A stretch of 40,736 nt of DNA, taken from NCBI RefSeq assembly GCF_001194135.2, contig NC_068981.1:30238084-30278819 (forward strand). Reading direction: 5' to 3'. The notes below the pieces were generated by a model. The model had not been told where the DNA came from and ran no database searches. It saw only the letters and a list, made by a program, of their open reading frames with translations. The position numbers and the translations under genes were made by a program. Within the stretch, counting starts at the first letter, position 1, and the number at the start of each line of letters is the position of its first letter. Positions 22,202 to 33,015 of the stretch are shown in pieces. The stretch is from Octopus bimaculoides. Lineage: Eukaryota.

Positions 22202-23554
22202 CAAAAGCCTTTTTGCTTCAAATGAAATTACAAAAAACAAACAAAATGCTATAATTACAGGAACTCTTCTACTACAGCCCTGGGCTGACCAATGCCCCCA
22301 GTGAATTTGGTTGGCAGAAGGTGTGAAAGTCTTGTGAGCATGCACATGAGTGATACTCCTCTCTTTCCACTGCTTAACAATCAGTGTTGGTTTGTTTGTA
22401 CTCTAACAGTACTTACTGGTTCAGCAAAAGAAACAGAATAAGTACCAGACTTTAAAAAAAAAAAAACTTCTGTATTAGGTTATTTGTATGACTAAGATTC
22501 TCCAAAGCAGTGTCCAGCATAACCGTAGTGTAATGACTGAAAAAAAAAGATAAAAAATAGACAAATTCAGAACTACTCTTCTTTGCCTTATGACATTAAA
22601 TGATGAAAATGACCGTTTCTTATGTTGACAATCAGTGATAGAAGAAAGATTAGAATGTTTGCAGGTTTTCCTACGGTGATAGAGATTTTCAGCTTAAACA
22701 TTTGTAAAGTTAGTGGCTGTAGGAATAATTAAAAAGATATTAAAACAGGAGGAAACAATAGATTCGAGAGAGAGTTACTGTTCTCGAGAAAAGACATTTG
22801 GTGTTTTGAGCCAAGTCTGGAAGAGGAGACAGTGGAGTTGGGAAGAGAAACAAAGGAGGTGATGAGTCAGCTTAGACAGCAAGCTATAAAAATATCTAGT
22901 TCAGAGAAGCAGAAGCCATTTTAGAAGAGAGAATGAAGAAACAGTATGTCTGTGGACTAGTTATTGTTATACCCCTAGGTCAGCATTGACCAAGCAGATA
23001 AAAAGCATTCCATCCAAGACAATTCTTTGTTTTCCCTACATGGAATGAGCTCAAGGTCCTTTTACCCAATGCAGGATTAAAATAGATTTGATGTTATTTC
23101 TAGCAAATTGAACAATCCCGCAGAGATTCTAATTGCCTCAACCTCTCCTTTTCCAATAGTCAGTAATATGGATTCCTTTTCTATTTGGTCTTGGATGTTT
23201 ATGTGTGTGTAATCACAACATTATCCCAAATAAACAAGCAATACTTCAGTGTGGGGCTTCAAATTTAGTAAAGGATAAGCAAGTGACTATAACTGAAGCA
23301 TTTCCTAGCTTTAGAGAAGAGTTTCAATTTTTACAATGCAGTTTTGTGTGTGTGTGTGTGTGTATGTTTGTGTGTGTAAGAACACAAGTGGGTTGAGGCT
23401 TTTTTCCATGATGTAATTGATGTGTTTAATAAAAAATGTGTCTGAAACAACTATTGGACTTCAACGCATGTTATTTTACATCATACCAACATTGAATCTA
23501 GAACTTACAGTGGACCATGAAACTGCACGTTGGAGTTTGTGATTTTACATATAG

Positions 23555-23702
23555 ATGGTTGGCATTAGGAAGGGCATCCAGCTGTAGAAACTCTGCCAAA
23601 TTAGACTGGAGCCTGGTGTTGCCATCCGGTTTCACCAGTCCTCAGTCAAATCATCCAACCCATGCTAGCATGGAAAGCGGACGTTAAACGATGATGATGA
23701 TG
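23555..23702 (+). mobile_element. RTE-type 3' tail
   Basis: ggttggcattaggaagggcatcc...ggacgttaaacgatgatgatg. Confidence 0.8.
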
Positions 23703-23984
23703 TTTACCTTGAGTATAGTGATCTGTCCATGTGCAGGGAAATGGTAGGACAAGTCCATATATACTGCTAATAGACATATGATGTTCTCAATCCTAAACTG
23801 ATGCCTTATTAAAATACCTTGATTCAAATGGATCATGCAAATTATTTATGCGCACACACACACACACACGCACACAGCTCCAGGTTCAGACCCACTGCAT
23901 GGCAACTTGGGCACATTTCTATTATAGCCTTAGGCTGACCAAAACCTTGAGTGGATTTGGTAGACAGAAACTGAAAAGCCCATC

Positions 23985-24400
23985 TGGGTCTCATGGAGGC
24001 AAAGTTCCTTTTGAGCAATAGGTCTCATGGAGGCAAAATGGCAGAGTTCCTCTTGAGCTTTGGGCCTGATGGAAGCAAAGTGGCAGAGTTCCATTTGAGA
24101 GTTGGGCCTCACAGAGACAATAACTAAGACCTTTGGCATTATGTTGTGCTTGAGAAGCAAACCCATTAAGTCAAGGAAAATCAGTCGTGACAGATACTGG
24201 CGTCACAAATTGGCACCTGTGTCAGTGGCATGTAAATGCACCCCAGTATTACACTATTGGAGTGGTTGGCGTTAGGAAGGGCATCCAACTGTAAAAAATT
24301 ATGCCAAATCAGACTTGAGTCTGGTGTAGCCTTCCAACAGCCAGCCCAGCCATGCCATCTAACCCATGCCAGCATGGACAATGGACGTTAAATGATGGTT
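23985..24400 (+). mobile_element. RTE-type 3' UTR fragment with internal ~30 bp repeats
   Basis: Repeated ggtctcatggaggcaaa units. Ends ccatgccagcatggacaatggacgttaaatgatg. Confidence 0.7.
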
Positions 24401-24831
24401 GTGTGTGTGTTTGTCTGCACTGCCATTGCTCGACAACTGGTGATGTGCTTATGCCCTAGCATAGGCACAGTCTAAGGACTGAAACAAGGCACCATATAAA
24501 TATGGCCCTACGGTTTTTTAATGTTTTCACTGTCCAATTTTTCCTGTCTTGGTTTGTGTTTGCCACCTTGGAATCCTGTTTAGTGGGTTAATCCACTACT
24601 CAGGAAGAAACTATTCTAAGAGTGCATCCTGCCTTATCTTCGAAATGCCTAGTTTAGAATAGATGCAGCTGATGAAGGAATAATTCCATAAGTGGCTTGT
24701 TTGTTTTCCTATGTGTTAGTTCTGTTGTCTGTAAACAAAGTCAGTTTTGTTTTTATGTTCCAGTTCATTTTTCTAACGTCCTGTACCCAAATATGCATCT
24801 ATATACACATGTAGATATGTACATGCATATG

Positions 24832-24871
<40 letters not shown>

Positions 24872-24988
24872 GAAAGACTCAGAAAATGAGCTTATACTGA
24901 AGGTTACTTTGCCAAGTGTGTACCTACTTCAGTAAGGTACTCACTGCTGTTAATATAAAATGAAAATGAATTTATAAAGTAGCCTTAC

Positions 24989-25540
24989 CTGTTGTTCTAT
25001 CCCATCACATGTTTGTAGAAATTGTTCAGTACAAAGAGATGCAAGATTATGGTAATTTTCTAACTGATACAAAAACCTTGAAAATAATTCCGGCGAAAGT
25101 TTCCCGTTTCCAGAACAGGCATTCTCATTGGTACAAGTCAGTGGAGACTGGACAGAATTTAAATTGCTTTCCAAAATGCGAGGAGATGGCATTTCATCAC
25201 TTGTTTCTGTTCGAGGACTTTCTAAATTTTCCTCTACAGAAGGAGTCATAGGAGAAGTTGCAGAACTTAAACAATTTTGGTAGTTTACAGTTTGAGAACT
25301 ACATGCATTGGCTGTGTCATGTGCAGAGAGGTCATTAAAACGGTTCTGAAATTCCAGCTCTGTCTGACAAACTTTGTCATCATATCCAGACACAGCAAGA
25401 CAACGACATCTCTCGTATGTTAATTCTGTCTGACAAATTTTATCTTCATACTTGGGTAAAACTTTAGCACTAGCCTCTGGATTAGTTAAAATCAGTGTGT
25501 CATCTCCTGGTGAATATCCTGCAGTTTCTGTGTTAGTCAT
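24989..25540 (-). CDS. KIFC3-like: Kinesin exon 5 (large low-complexity tail exon)
   Basis: Acceptor ttccaaacag directly before ATG, donor CAG|GTAAGG. 552 nt open frame MTNTETAGYSPG...DGIEQQ, matching track ORF 24950..25540. Confidence 0.85.
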
Positions 25541-25647
25541 CTGTTTGGAATTTTAAGAAAAAAAGAAAAAAATACAAAATTATAAACTTAGTGACAACTT
25601 GAATTGTCAGCTTCAAATAAACAAACAAGCAATACACAGATGCATAC

Positions 25648-26000
25648 TCGTTACTCTTTTACTTGATTCAGTCATTTGACTGTGGCCACGCTAGAGCACT
25701 GCCTTTAGCCGACCAAATCGACCCCAGGACTTATTCTTTGTAAGCCTAGTACTTATTCTCTCGGTCTCTCTTGCCGAACCACTAAGTTACGGGGACAAAC
25801 ACACCAGCATCGGTTGTCAAGCAATGTTAGGGGGACAAACACAGACACACACACATTTATACGACGGGCTTCTTTCAGTTTCCGCCTCCCAAATCCACTC
25901 ACAAGGCTTTGGTCGGCCCGAGGCTATAGCAGAAGACACTTACCCAAGATGCCATGCAGTGGAACTGAACCCGGAACCATGCGGCTGGTAAGCAAGCTAC
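25648..26000 (-). mobile_element. SINE family A, near full length, low divergence
   Basis: Reverse complement of the family A sequence from ttactcttttacttg to ggtaagcaagctac. Confidence 0.85.
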
Positions 26001-26779
26001 TCTATTTCATTTCAATTTGCCATAAAGGCAGTACACAGAGAGTATCTACGGGCTGGACAAAAACATTAAGGAGATGAAATGGATGATTAATATGATGGTA
26101 TAATGAGAGAAGGCAAAAGCCGCCCGCCGAACTTTGCTTCTCTATAACACTGCTCTTCATAAAATTAAATTTTCACATTGAGGCTATGAACCTCATACAT
26201 AAGTCATAAATTAGGGCATTTGCCTCTTACAATTTTTCATTACACAATCTGAGACGCTCGTCCTCTTAGGTTTTTTCGCCCGATATAGCCTTCACTTCTC
26301 TCAAGCAAAACGATGGGTCTGGGTCAGGCCACTTTTCAACACTGAATTCGCCGAGGGGGAAGGAATTCACCAATGCACTTATGTGCCTACTCGACACGAC
26401 CTCCGCAGACACCTGCGGAGGCCAGTTCGGATCCTTAGTACAGGTGAGGACTCCCTCTCAAATCCATGCAATAGAGGGTGTTTGAGCTAAATTTGATGAT
26501 TTTCTTTTTATGCCTCTTTCAAGAAACAGCTTGCTGTATTGATGAATAGTGAACAGCATTGGAGAGCATAAAGATTAAAGTCATAGTTGAGAAAAAAAGT
26601 TACTGATATGGACAACTAGAAGTCATCTGAACATTGGAAAAGAGTTGCCTGTATCATGCTTGTTTGTGTTGGGTATCAAAACACCGATAACATGACTGTT
26701 CAATACTCTGTGATAATTGGAAAGACTAAGACATGACATTTCAGTTACTATGGAGACAATGAAGCTGTGGCCAGTAGGA

Positions 26780-27035
26780 AGGGACACAAAAGGCATTCTG
26801 ACTGTATCCACACACATCTTTGAACAGGGTTTTAGGCTCAATTCAGATAGCTATGTAAAGTTGCTGAAGACTGGGCAAACCCTGGCTGGAGAGGATTGCT
26901 GCTGGAAGGCAATATGTGTGGCAGCAGGATTCATCTCCTTGTCATATCTCTAGAAAGAATCAGGTGGTTGTTGGAAATTTTCTACAACATCACCAGACCC
27001 AATCTCCGGCCTACTAATTCTCCCCCGATTGTACA
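26780..27035 (+). mobile_element. Tc1/mariner superfamily transposase remnant (maT/DD37D-like)
   Basis: Across two frameshifts: HIFEQGFRLNSDSYVKLL / KPWLERIAAGRQYVWQQDSSPCHISRKNQ / WLLEIFYNITRPNLRPTNSP. Subfamily assigned from recalled motif style. Confidence 0.75.
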
Positions 27036-27129
27036 TGTCTCCCAACACTGCTTGATGAACAGTGTTTGTTTACATCCCAATAACTTAGCAGTTCAGCAAA
27101 AGTGACAATAAATACCAGGATTAGTTAAG

Positions 27130-27537
27130 TTCTAGCATGGTATCTTGGGCAAGTGTCTTGTACTATAGCCTCGGGCCAACCAAAGCCTTGTGAGTGACTT
27201 TGGGAGACAGAAACTGAAAGAAGCCCGTCGTATATACGTGTGTGTGTGTAAGTTTGTGTGTCCCCCTAGCATTGCTTGACAACCGATGCTGTAGTGTTTA
27301 TGTCCCATCACTTAGCAGTTCGGCAAAAGTGACCNNNNNNNNNNTGTGTGTACCCCTAGCAATGCTTGACAACCGATGCTGTAGTGTTTATGTCCCATCA
27401 CTTAGCAGTTCGGCAAAAGTGACCAATAGAATAAGTACTAGGCTTATAAAGAATAATTCCTTGGGTCGATTTGCTCGACTAAAGGCAGTGCTCCAGCATG
27501 GCCACAGTCAAATGGCTGAAACAAGTAAAAGAGTACT
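27130..27537 (+). mobile_element. SINE family A spanning a 10-N gap
   Basis: Family A body. An ~80-bp segment is repeated on both sides of the gap at 27335-27344. Confidence 0.8.
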
Positions 27538-27586
27538 AATTTACACAAAATAGAGAAAAGGAGAGAAAACCTTTGATTAAATATAC

Positions 27587-27693
27587 CTCAGTAGTCTTTT
27601 GATCTGACTGCACATGAGAGAACTGCATATTTGCATCACCATTCAGTTGTATATCAGAAGTTTGAGGAGAAGAGTTTTGTGTCCCTCGATCAT
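27587..27693 (-). CDS. KIFC3-like: Kinesin exon 4
   Basis: Acceptor tttgtttcttag, donor GAG|GTATAT. 107 nt, (D)DRGTQNSSPQTSDIQLNGDANMQFSHVQSDQKTTE, phase 1 to 0. Confidence 0.78.
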
Positions 27694-27764
27694 CTAAGAA
27701 ACAAAAAGGTCAAATATTCAGTAACAACTTCGTCTATGGTTTTTAAATATATTTTTTCAGAATA

Positions 27765-27868
27765 CAGTAATCTCTTGACTATCATGGATATTATGTTCCA
27801 AAACTCCCCGCGATAGGTGAAAATCCGTAATGTAGAAACAGTACTGTATATTTTTTTAATTATTTTTA

Positions 27869-27901
<33 letters not shown>

Positions 27902-27988
27902 CTCTCGTTAAAAATGCAAAATATCATGGAGGAATCGATGTAAACTTAAACTACGATGGGTGAACTACGATATGGTAAGGGATTACTG
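27765..27988. mobile_element. Tigger/pogo-type MITE
   Basis: TA-CAGTAATCTCTTGACTATC...GATATGGTAAGGGATTACTG-TA. Confidence 0.72.
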
Positions 27989-28054
27989 TATAGGGTTTTT
28001 GGTTTAATCCTTTAGCTCACTCAGCTGGTAAAAGGGACTAGTACCTGTATTTAA

Positions 28055-28250
28055 CCCTTTTGTTATATTTCTGTTGAGACTTTTTTTTTTCTTTAAATAT
28101 AAAGAATTTAGTAAAATAAGTTATAATTAAGCTAATTTTAGGAACATAAATTATGACTAAAGTTTGGAAGATTTTAATTCAGAACTTTGAAAACAAGACA
28201 TTTGTACTACAGAGCCAGAGGCGGTTTCAAGCGGGTTGGTATCAAAAGGG
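28055..28250. mobile_element. piggyBac-type MITE (opposite orientation to 21163)
   Basis: TTAA-CCCTTTTG...CAAAAGGG-TTAA with an exact TTAA on both sides. Confidence 0.82.
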
Positions 28251-28422
28251 TTAAAAGGACCAGCCTTGTCACATTCTGCATCATGTCTAATCACCCCAAG
28301 AACTACATTAAGGGTCTGCATGTCTGGAGTGTTCAGGCACTTGCACAATTTTACGGGCAGTTGTAACTGAAGTGCCAGCCTAATCCTTGAGCATTTCAAC
28401 TGGCCATATTCATCTCAAATAT

Positions 28423-29735
28423 CACTGTGCAACACTCAAAAAGGTACAAGAAATCTGGCCATTTTTGTATGCAAAATGACATGGGAAATCCATTTCTGGC
28501 AGTCTTTTTGTTGAATTAGGCATGGTTTCTACAGAATTGTCACTGTATAACCTTTGTCATTATTAAATAAAATTCTCTTCCGCATTGTAAAATGGGTTTC
28601 AACCCAGGGCTAGAGACCAATCTTAGTAACACCTACATGTAATTCAAAGCCTGTGTTTAATGTTATTTTTTCATCTTTCAGATCTCATTTGTTTTTAACA
28701 ATGAGTACAAGACAGTGCAAAAATGATCCAAACAGATTCTGTTATATCTGTGGGGAATTGACTTTTGCTAAAGTGCAGTGCAGTGCAGTATTACACACTA
28801 TATCAAGAAAATATACAAGGCGTACTTTGATTGTAACTTAGGAGACCAGGATAAGTCATGGGCTCCTCATGTGTGTTACCTTACATGTGTGAAGGCATCT
28901 AGTGCCTGGTATGCAGGAAAAAAAATGTTCACATGAAGTTTGGTGTGTCAATGATTTGGCATGAGCAGAAAGATCACTAATGATTGCTATTTCTGTCACC
29001 ATGACTTTACAGGCTGCACTACAGCAAAGGAAAAGAAACACATTGTTTACTCAAATTTGCAATCAGCAATGCACCAAGTAGAGCACTCAGAAAATTTACT
29101 TGTGCCCAAATCTCCAGATCAAGAAATGCAGAGTTCCAGCAGTGCTAATGAACATTCCAGTGGTGAATGTGTGGAGCCCAATGATCCAGAAAATGAGAAT
29201 AAACCAATACCATTTTCTCAAGAGGCTCTAAATGACTTATGCAGGGATCTCTATTTAACCAAAGAGAAAACTGAGTTTCTGGCATCAAAGCTTCAAGAAC
29301 ATAATCTTCTTGAGAAAAGAGTGAAGGTAACACTGCACAGAAAACGTACAGAGGATCTGCTTGCATTATTCCCCATGAAGGATGACTTATGCTTTCATAA
29401 TGACATCACTGAACTTTTTGAGCAACTGGAAATACCATATAAAACCAACTGGCAACTTTTCATAGATGCATCCAAGGACAGCATCAAAGCTGTTCTGCTA
29501 CACAATGGTAACACTGCCTTCTGTTCCCACAGCTTATATAGCACAACCATGAAAAAATTATGAAAATCTGAAAGCCATTCTAACAAACATACAGTATGAT
29601 GACTATACCTGGCATATTTATGCAGATTTTAAGGTTGTCGTCATGCTTACTGGCCTTCAGCTTGGCTATACTAAATTGTGCCGCTTCCTGTGCTTATGGA
29701 ATTCCAGAGCAAGAGCTTAACATTATGTATGCAAG
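28423..29735 (+). mobile_element. Decayed DNA transposon with Cys-rich transposase (Chapaev3/CMC-like)
   Basis: Left end CACTGTGCAACA. ATG at 28701: MSTRQCKNDPNRFCYICGE, then frameshifted GDQDKSWAPHVC, NDCYFC, FSQEALNDLCRDLYLTKE, FIDASKDSIKAVLLHNGN and LTGLQLGYTK. The superfamily name is from recall and needs checking. Confidence 0.75.
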
Positions 29736-30012
29736 GATTAGCTGATCCAAGATGAAATTTTATCCTGACTCATCTAGGAGAGCAGTAACTGAATAGGTAA
29801 ATAAATTTTTCTAAGAATTTAAGAAATTTTAAGCAGTCTCTGCTTTCTATCTTATCTAGTGAAACCCTCCTATTACAACTTTTTATCATGGCACATATGA
29901 TCAGCTACCATCAGCTTTTATTACCGTTTCTGGTAATTCAGAAACTTTAAACAAACCAAGCTCACATAAATGTATTGATTCTACTTCATTAATAAAAATC
30001 CAATTAACTCAC

Positions 30013-30127
30013 CAACTTGTAAAAGTTCATTTATCAACATGCTCAATTTCTTCTGCACTTCAATAATAATATCCTGAATTTCATTGATAATTTCTGAGAA
30101 ATCCACTTTTATGTCATTAGTAATTTT
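30013..30127 (-). CDS. KIFC3-like: Kinesin exon 3 (short coiled-coil-like segment)
   Basis: Acceptor ttttatcttgcag, donor TTG|GTGAGT. 115 nt, KITNDIKVDFSEIINEIQDIIIEVQKKLSMLINELLQV, phase 0 to 1. Confidence 0.8.
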
Positions 30128-30974
30128 CTGCAAGATAAAAGAAAAAGAACCTTTTTTAGTAAACAGAAAAATTTTTTTTTAGAAACCTAAGACCAGAAAT
30201 TATGGTGAGAATATCATTTAACATCCACTTTTCCATACTTGCATGGGTCAGACAATTTGTTAAGGTAGATATATATTTTTTTTTTTACAATCAGATATCC
30301 TCTGTCACCAACTATCACCTATTTCCAAGCAAGGCACCATTTCCTTTGACCAGTCACATTTTCCATATAAGACAGGAAATAATCACACTTGTATTATGAT
30401 GCTCATTTACAACCATCACATGTCAAGACAGGTGTGCATGTGTATGTGCACACATGACAGGTTTCTTTTAGTTTCCATCAACCAAAATTCACTCACAGAC
30501 CTTTGGTCAGCCTGGCGTTACAGAAGATACTTGCTCAATGTATCACATTGGGACTGAATTCTAAATCATATAGTTGGGACCTACAATAAATTACCATTCC
30601 CAAATTTGGGAGTCGCTAAGATGTGATTTGTGAAAGGAAGACTTGACTGCTATTTTTAGTAGGCTGAACCACCACATAGAAACCCCACTGTTGGCATGAC
30701 TGCAGAAAGATACAGGTTACCACTGTACACAGTAAATGTATTATAAAGGTATCACTGACTCAGATAATTTTAATCCTTTGCAAAAGAAACTGAAAACAAT
30801 GAACAGATGGTTAATAGCAGGGTGAATGTGACATTTTAGGAAAGAGAGTAACCCTATAACATTTAATCTAACCATACCCAGCTCAAATATTCTGTTTTAT
30901 GTTAAACCTGGTCTAGCCTATCACACCAACCCTGCACCATTGAAATCTTGAAGCTACCAGATAATGCATGATTA

Positions 30975-31180
30975 TCATTTAATGTCTGTTCATGCTGGCA
31001 TGGGTTGGACAGTATGACCAGAGCTGGCAAGTTGGAGAGCTGCACGAGACTCGTGTCTGGGTAGGCATGGCTTCTATGGCTGGATACCCTTTCTAACACC
31101 AACCGCTTTACAGATTGTGGTGGATGCTTTTACACAGCACTGCATGGGCACTTTCATGTGGTGTATGTGCACTTTGACAT
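30975..31180 (-). mobile_element. RTE-type 3' tail, diverged
   Basis: atcatttaatgtctgttcatgctggcatgggttggacag. Confidence 0.65.
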
Positions 31181-31301
31181 GGCAATACATCTGACAAAAA
31201 TCTGAACGCTAAAGGGTCAAAACAAGAGGTTAAGAAGGTTGATCCAATCAGTATGTCTAAGAAACAGATGAAGGAAAAACTAAAAAAAGGAACCACTATA
31301 C

Positions 31302-31363
31302 CTGTGATATTGGTATGGTTGATAGACCAGGATTGTTTACTTCATTCTTTGCTTTCTTCATGA
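31302..31363 (-). CDS. KIFC3-like: Kinesin exon 2
   Basis: Acceptor tttcttttag, donor CAG|GTATAG. 62 nt, (V)MKKAKNEVNNPGLSTIPISQ, phase 1 to 0, bridging exons 1 and 3. Confidence 0.7.
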
Positions 31364-31517
31364 CTAAAAGAAAAATCACAAATTATTAGAACCATATATT
31401 ACCATGATTGATTGTTATTGCTTCACATACTTTTTAAAAAAGAACCTAGCAAATGCTATATATTTTCATGCACAGAATTGTTGTTTCCATTGTTTACAAA
31501 AGGAGCGATACCACATA

Positions 31518-31696
31518 TGAGGGGTTACTGAAAAGTTCCAGATTTCAAAGTTATCGCAAAAGGCTTAGTTCTTCAAAGTTCTTTTACAGGGCTTAGAAAA
31601 ACTGAAAGTGTTCGATTCTGAGAGGGGAAGATGCTGAATAAAATAACATCCTCCTGTATTTTCTTTTACCTCAAACCAGGAACTTTTCAGCCCCCA
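31518..31696. mobile_element. Mariner-type MITE
   Basis: TA-TGAGGGGTTACTGAAAAGTTCC...GGAACTTTTCAGCCCCCA-TA. Confidence 0.68.
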
Positions 31697-31924
31697 TAAA
31701 AGTAGCTAGTTGTCAGTTAACTCCCTGCATCAACCTTGATTGAAAAGACCTTTGGTCAAAGACACTTGTCTTTTTCTTACATACAGGGAAGACAGAGCCA
31801 TGTCAGCCAATGTGTGACCTGAGATTCAGCTGTTTCAAGCAGATTAAGCTAGAGAGATTCTTGCAAAGGCCCTTGTGAGCTTAATGTAAATAACCTGATT
31901 ATAGAGTTATGTACCTTGGTTACA

Positions 31925-32275
31925 TCAGCCATTTTCCATGCTAGCATGGGTTGGACAGTTTGACCCAAGCTGGGAAGCTGGACCAGGCTCCTATCTGATT
32001 AGGCATGGCTTCTGTGGCTGGATGTCCTTCCTAGTGCCAAACACTTTACATAGTGTGCTGGATGCTCTTTATGTGGCATTGCATGAGCACTTTACAGGAA
32101 TTTAACCATGGGAAGCAGTATTAACACTTCTGCTGACGAGTATGGGTTTTGAGGACAGCAAGGTGCCAGGTATCTTGGTCCTCTGTTGTATCGCTTGAAA
32201 GGTTCAATGTCCTGAGGTTGTCCTTCAGTACTTCATTCCGCATTTTCCTGAGTGACTGATGCGCATTGTGCTTGT
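31925..32275 (-). mobile_element. RTE LINE 3' end, diverged subfamily
   Basis: Minus frame NEVLKDNLRTLNLSSDTTEDQDTWHLAVLK resembles the RTE C-terminus and is followed by the ccaacccatgctagcatgg tail. Confidence 0.65.
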
Positions 32276-32622
32276 GAAAGGAAGTTGGTGATGGGGTGCA
32301 GCATTAGTTTCTGACTTGGTACAAAGATTCTGAACATGTTATGATGAAAGGAAATAGCAAATCTGGAATTCATGCCATTCCCATCAGCTACATAAAGTAA
32401 AAATAGCTTCAACTGAGGACTGAAACAGCATTGTGGAGTCAGCTTACCATGAAGCTACCTGTTGCTCCACATCACACAGCATCATAAAGTGACAAGCTGG
32501 CAGAATCATTAGCATGTCAGACAAAATGCTTGGCTCTTTATGTTCAAAGTTCAAATACAACCAAAGTCAACTTTGTCTTTCATCGTCATGAGCACAATAA
32601 AATGTAGTACCAATAAAGTAGA

Positions 32623-32845
32623 AGGTGGAGAATTGGCAGAAATGTTAACATGCCGGGTGAAATGCTTAGTGGTGTTTCGTCTGCCATTCTAAGTTCAAAT
32701 TCCGCTGAGGTTGACTTTGCATTTCATCCTTTCGGGGTCAATTAAATAAGTACCAGTTATGCACTGGAGTTGATAAAATCGACTTAATCCCTTTGTCCTT
32801 GTTTGTCTTGTGTGTTTAGTCCCCTGTCGGCAATAAAGAAATAAA
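32623..32845 (+). mobile_element. SINE family B (preceded by a partial copy at about 32500-32600)
   Basis: gttcaaattccgctgaggttgactttgcatttcatcctttcgggg...caataaagaaata. Confidence 0.8.
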
Positions 32846-33015
32846 ATGAAGTACCAATCAATAACTGGGGTTGATGTAATGGACTTCCCTAAAATTGTGC
32901 TACAATTTAAAACTATGTTGTACAAGATACAAACAAATTAACAAAAAGTTTTAAAGTTAAATGTGACATATCACAATATCCCTGAAAATGAAGTGTAGAA
33001 TAAAACAAAACGTAC

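Noticed and set aside
24660-24710. Second hammerhead-like start CTGATGA-A-GGAA(TAA)TTCC
   Set aside because: GAAA is absent (reads ATAA) and no stem I pairing could be built. It may be a decayed Penelope terminus but cannot be supported as a ribozyme.
25009-25251. 80-aa plus-strand ORF
   Set aside because: Antisense to kinesin exon 5, with no independent support.
27260-27424. Apparent ~80-bp tandem duplication within a SINE
   Set aside because: The two near-identical copies sit on either side of a 10-N gap, typical of unmerged contig overlap or haplotype redundancy.
31190-31362. Lys-rich open frame on the plus strand (SDKNLNAKGSKQEVKK...)
   Set aside because: No splice or start support, and it overlaps the antisense of the T-rich intron start and exon 2.
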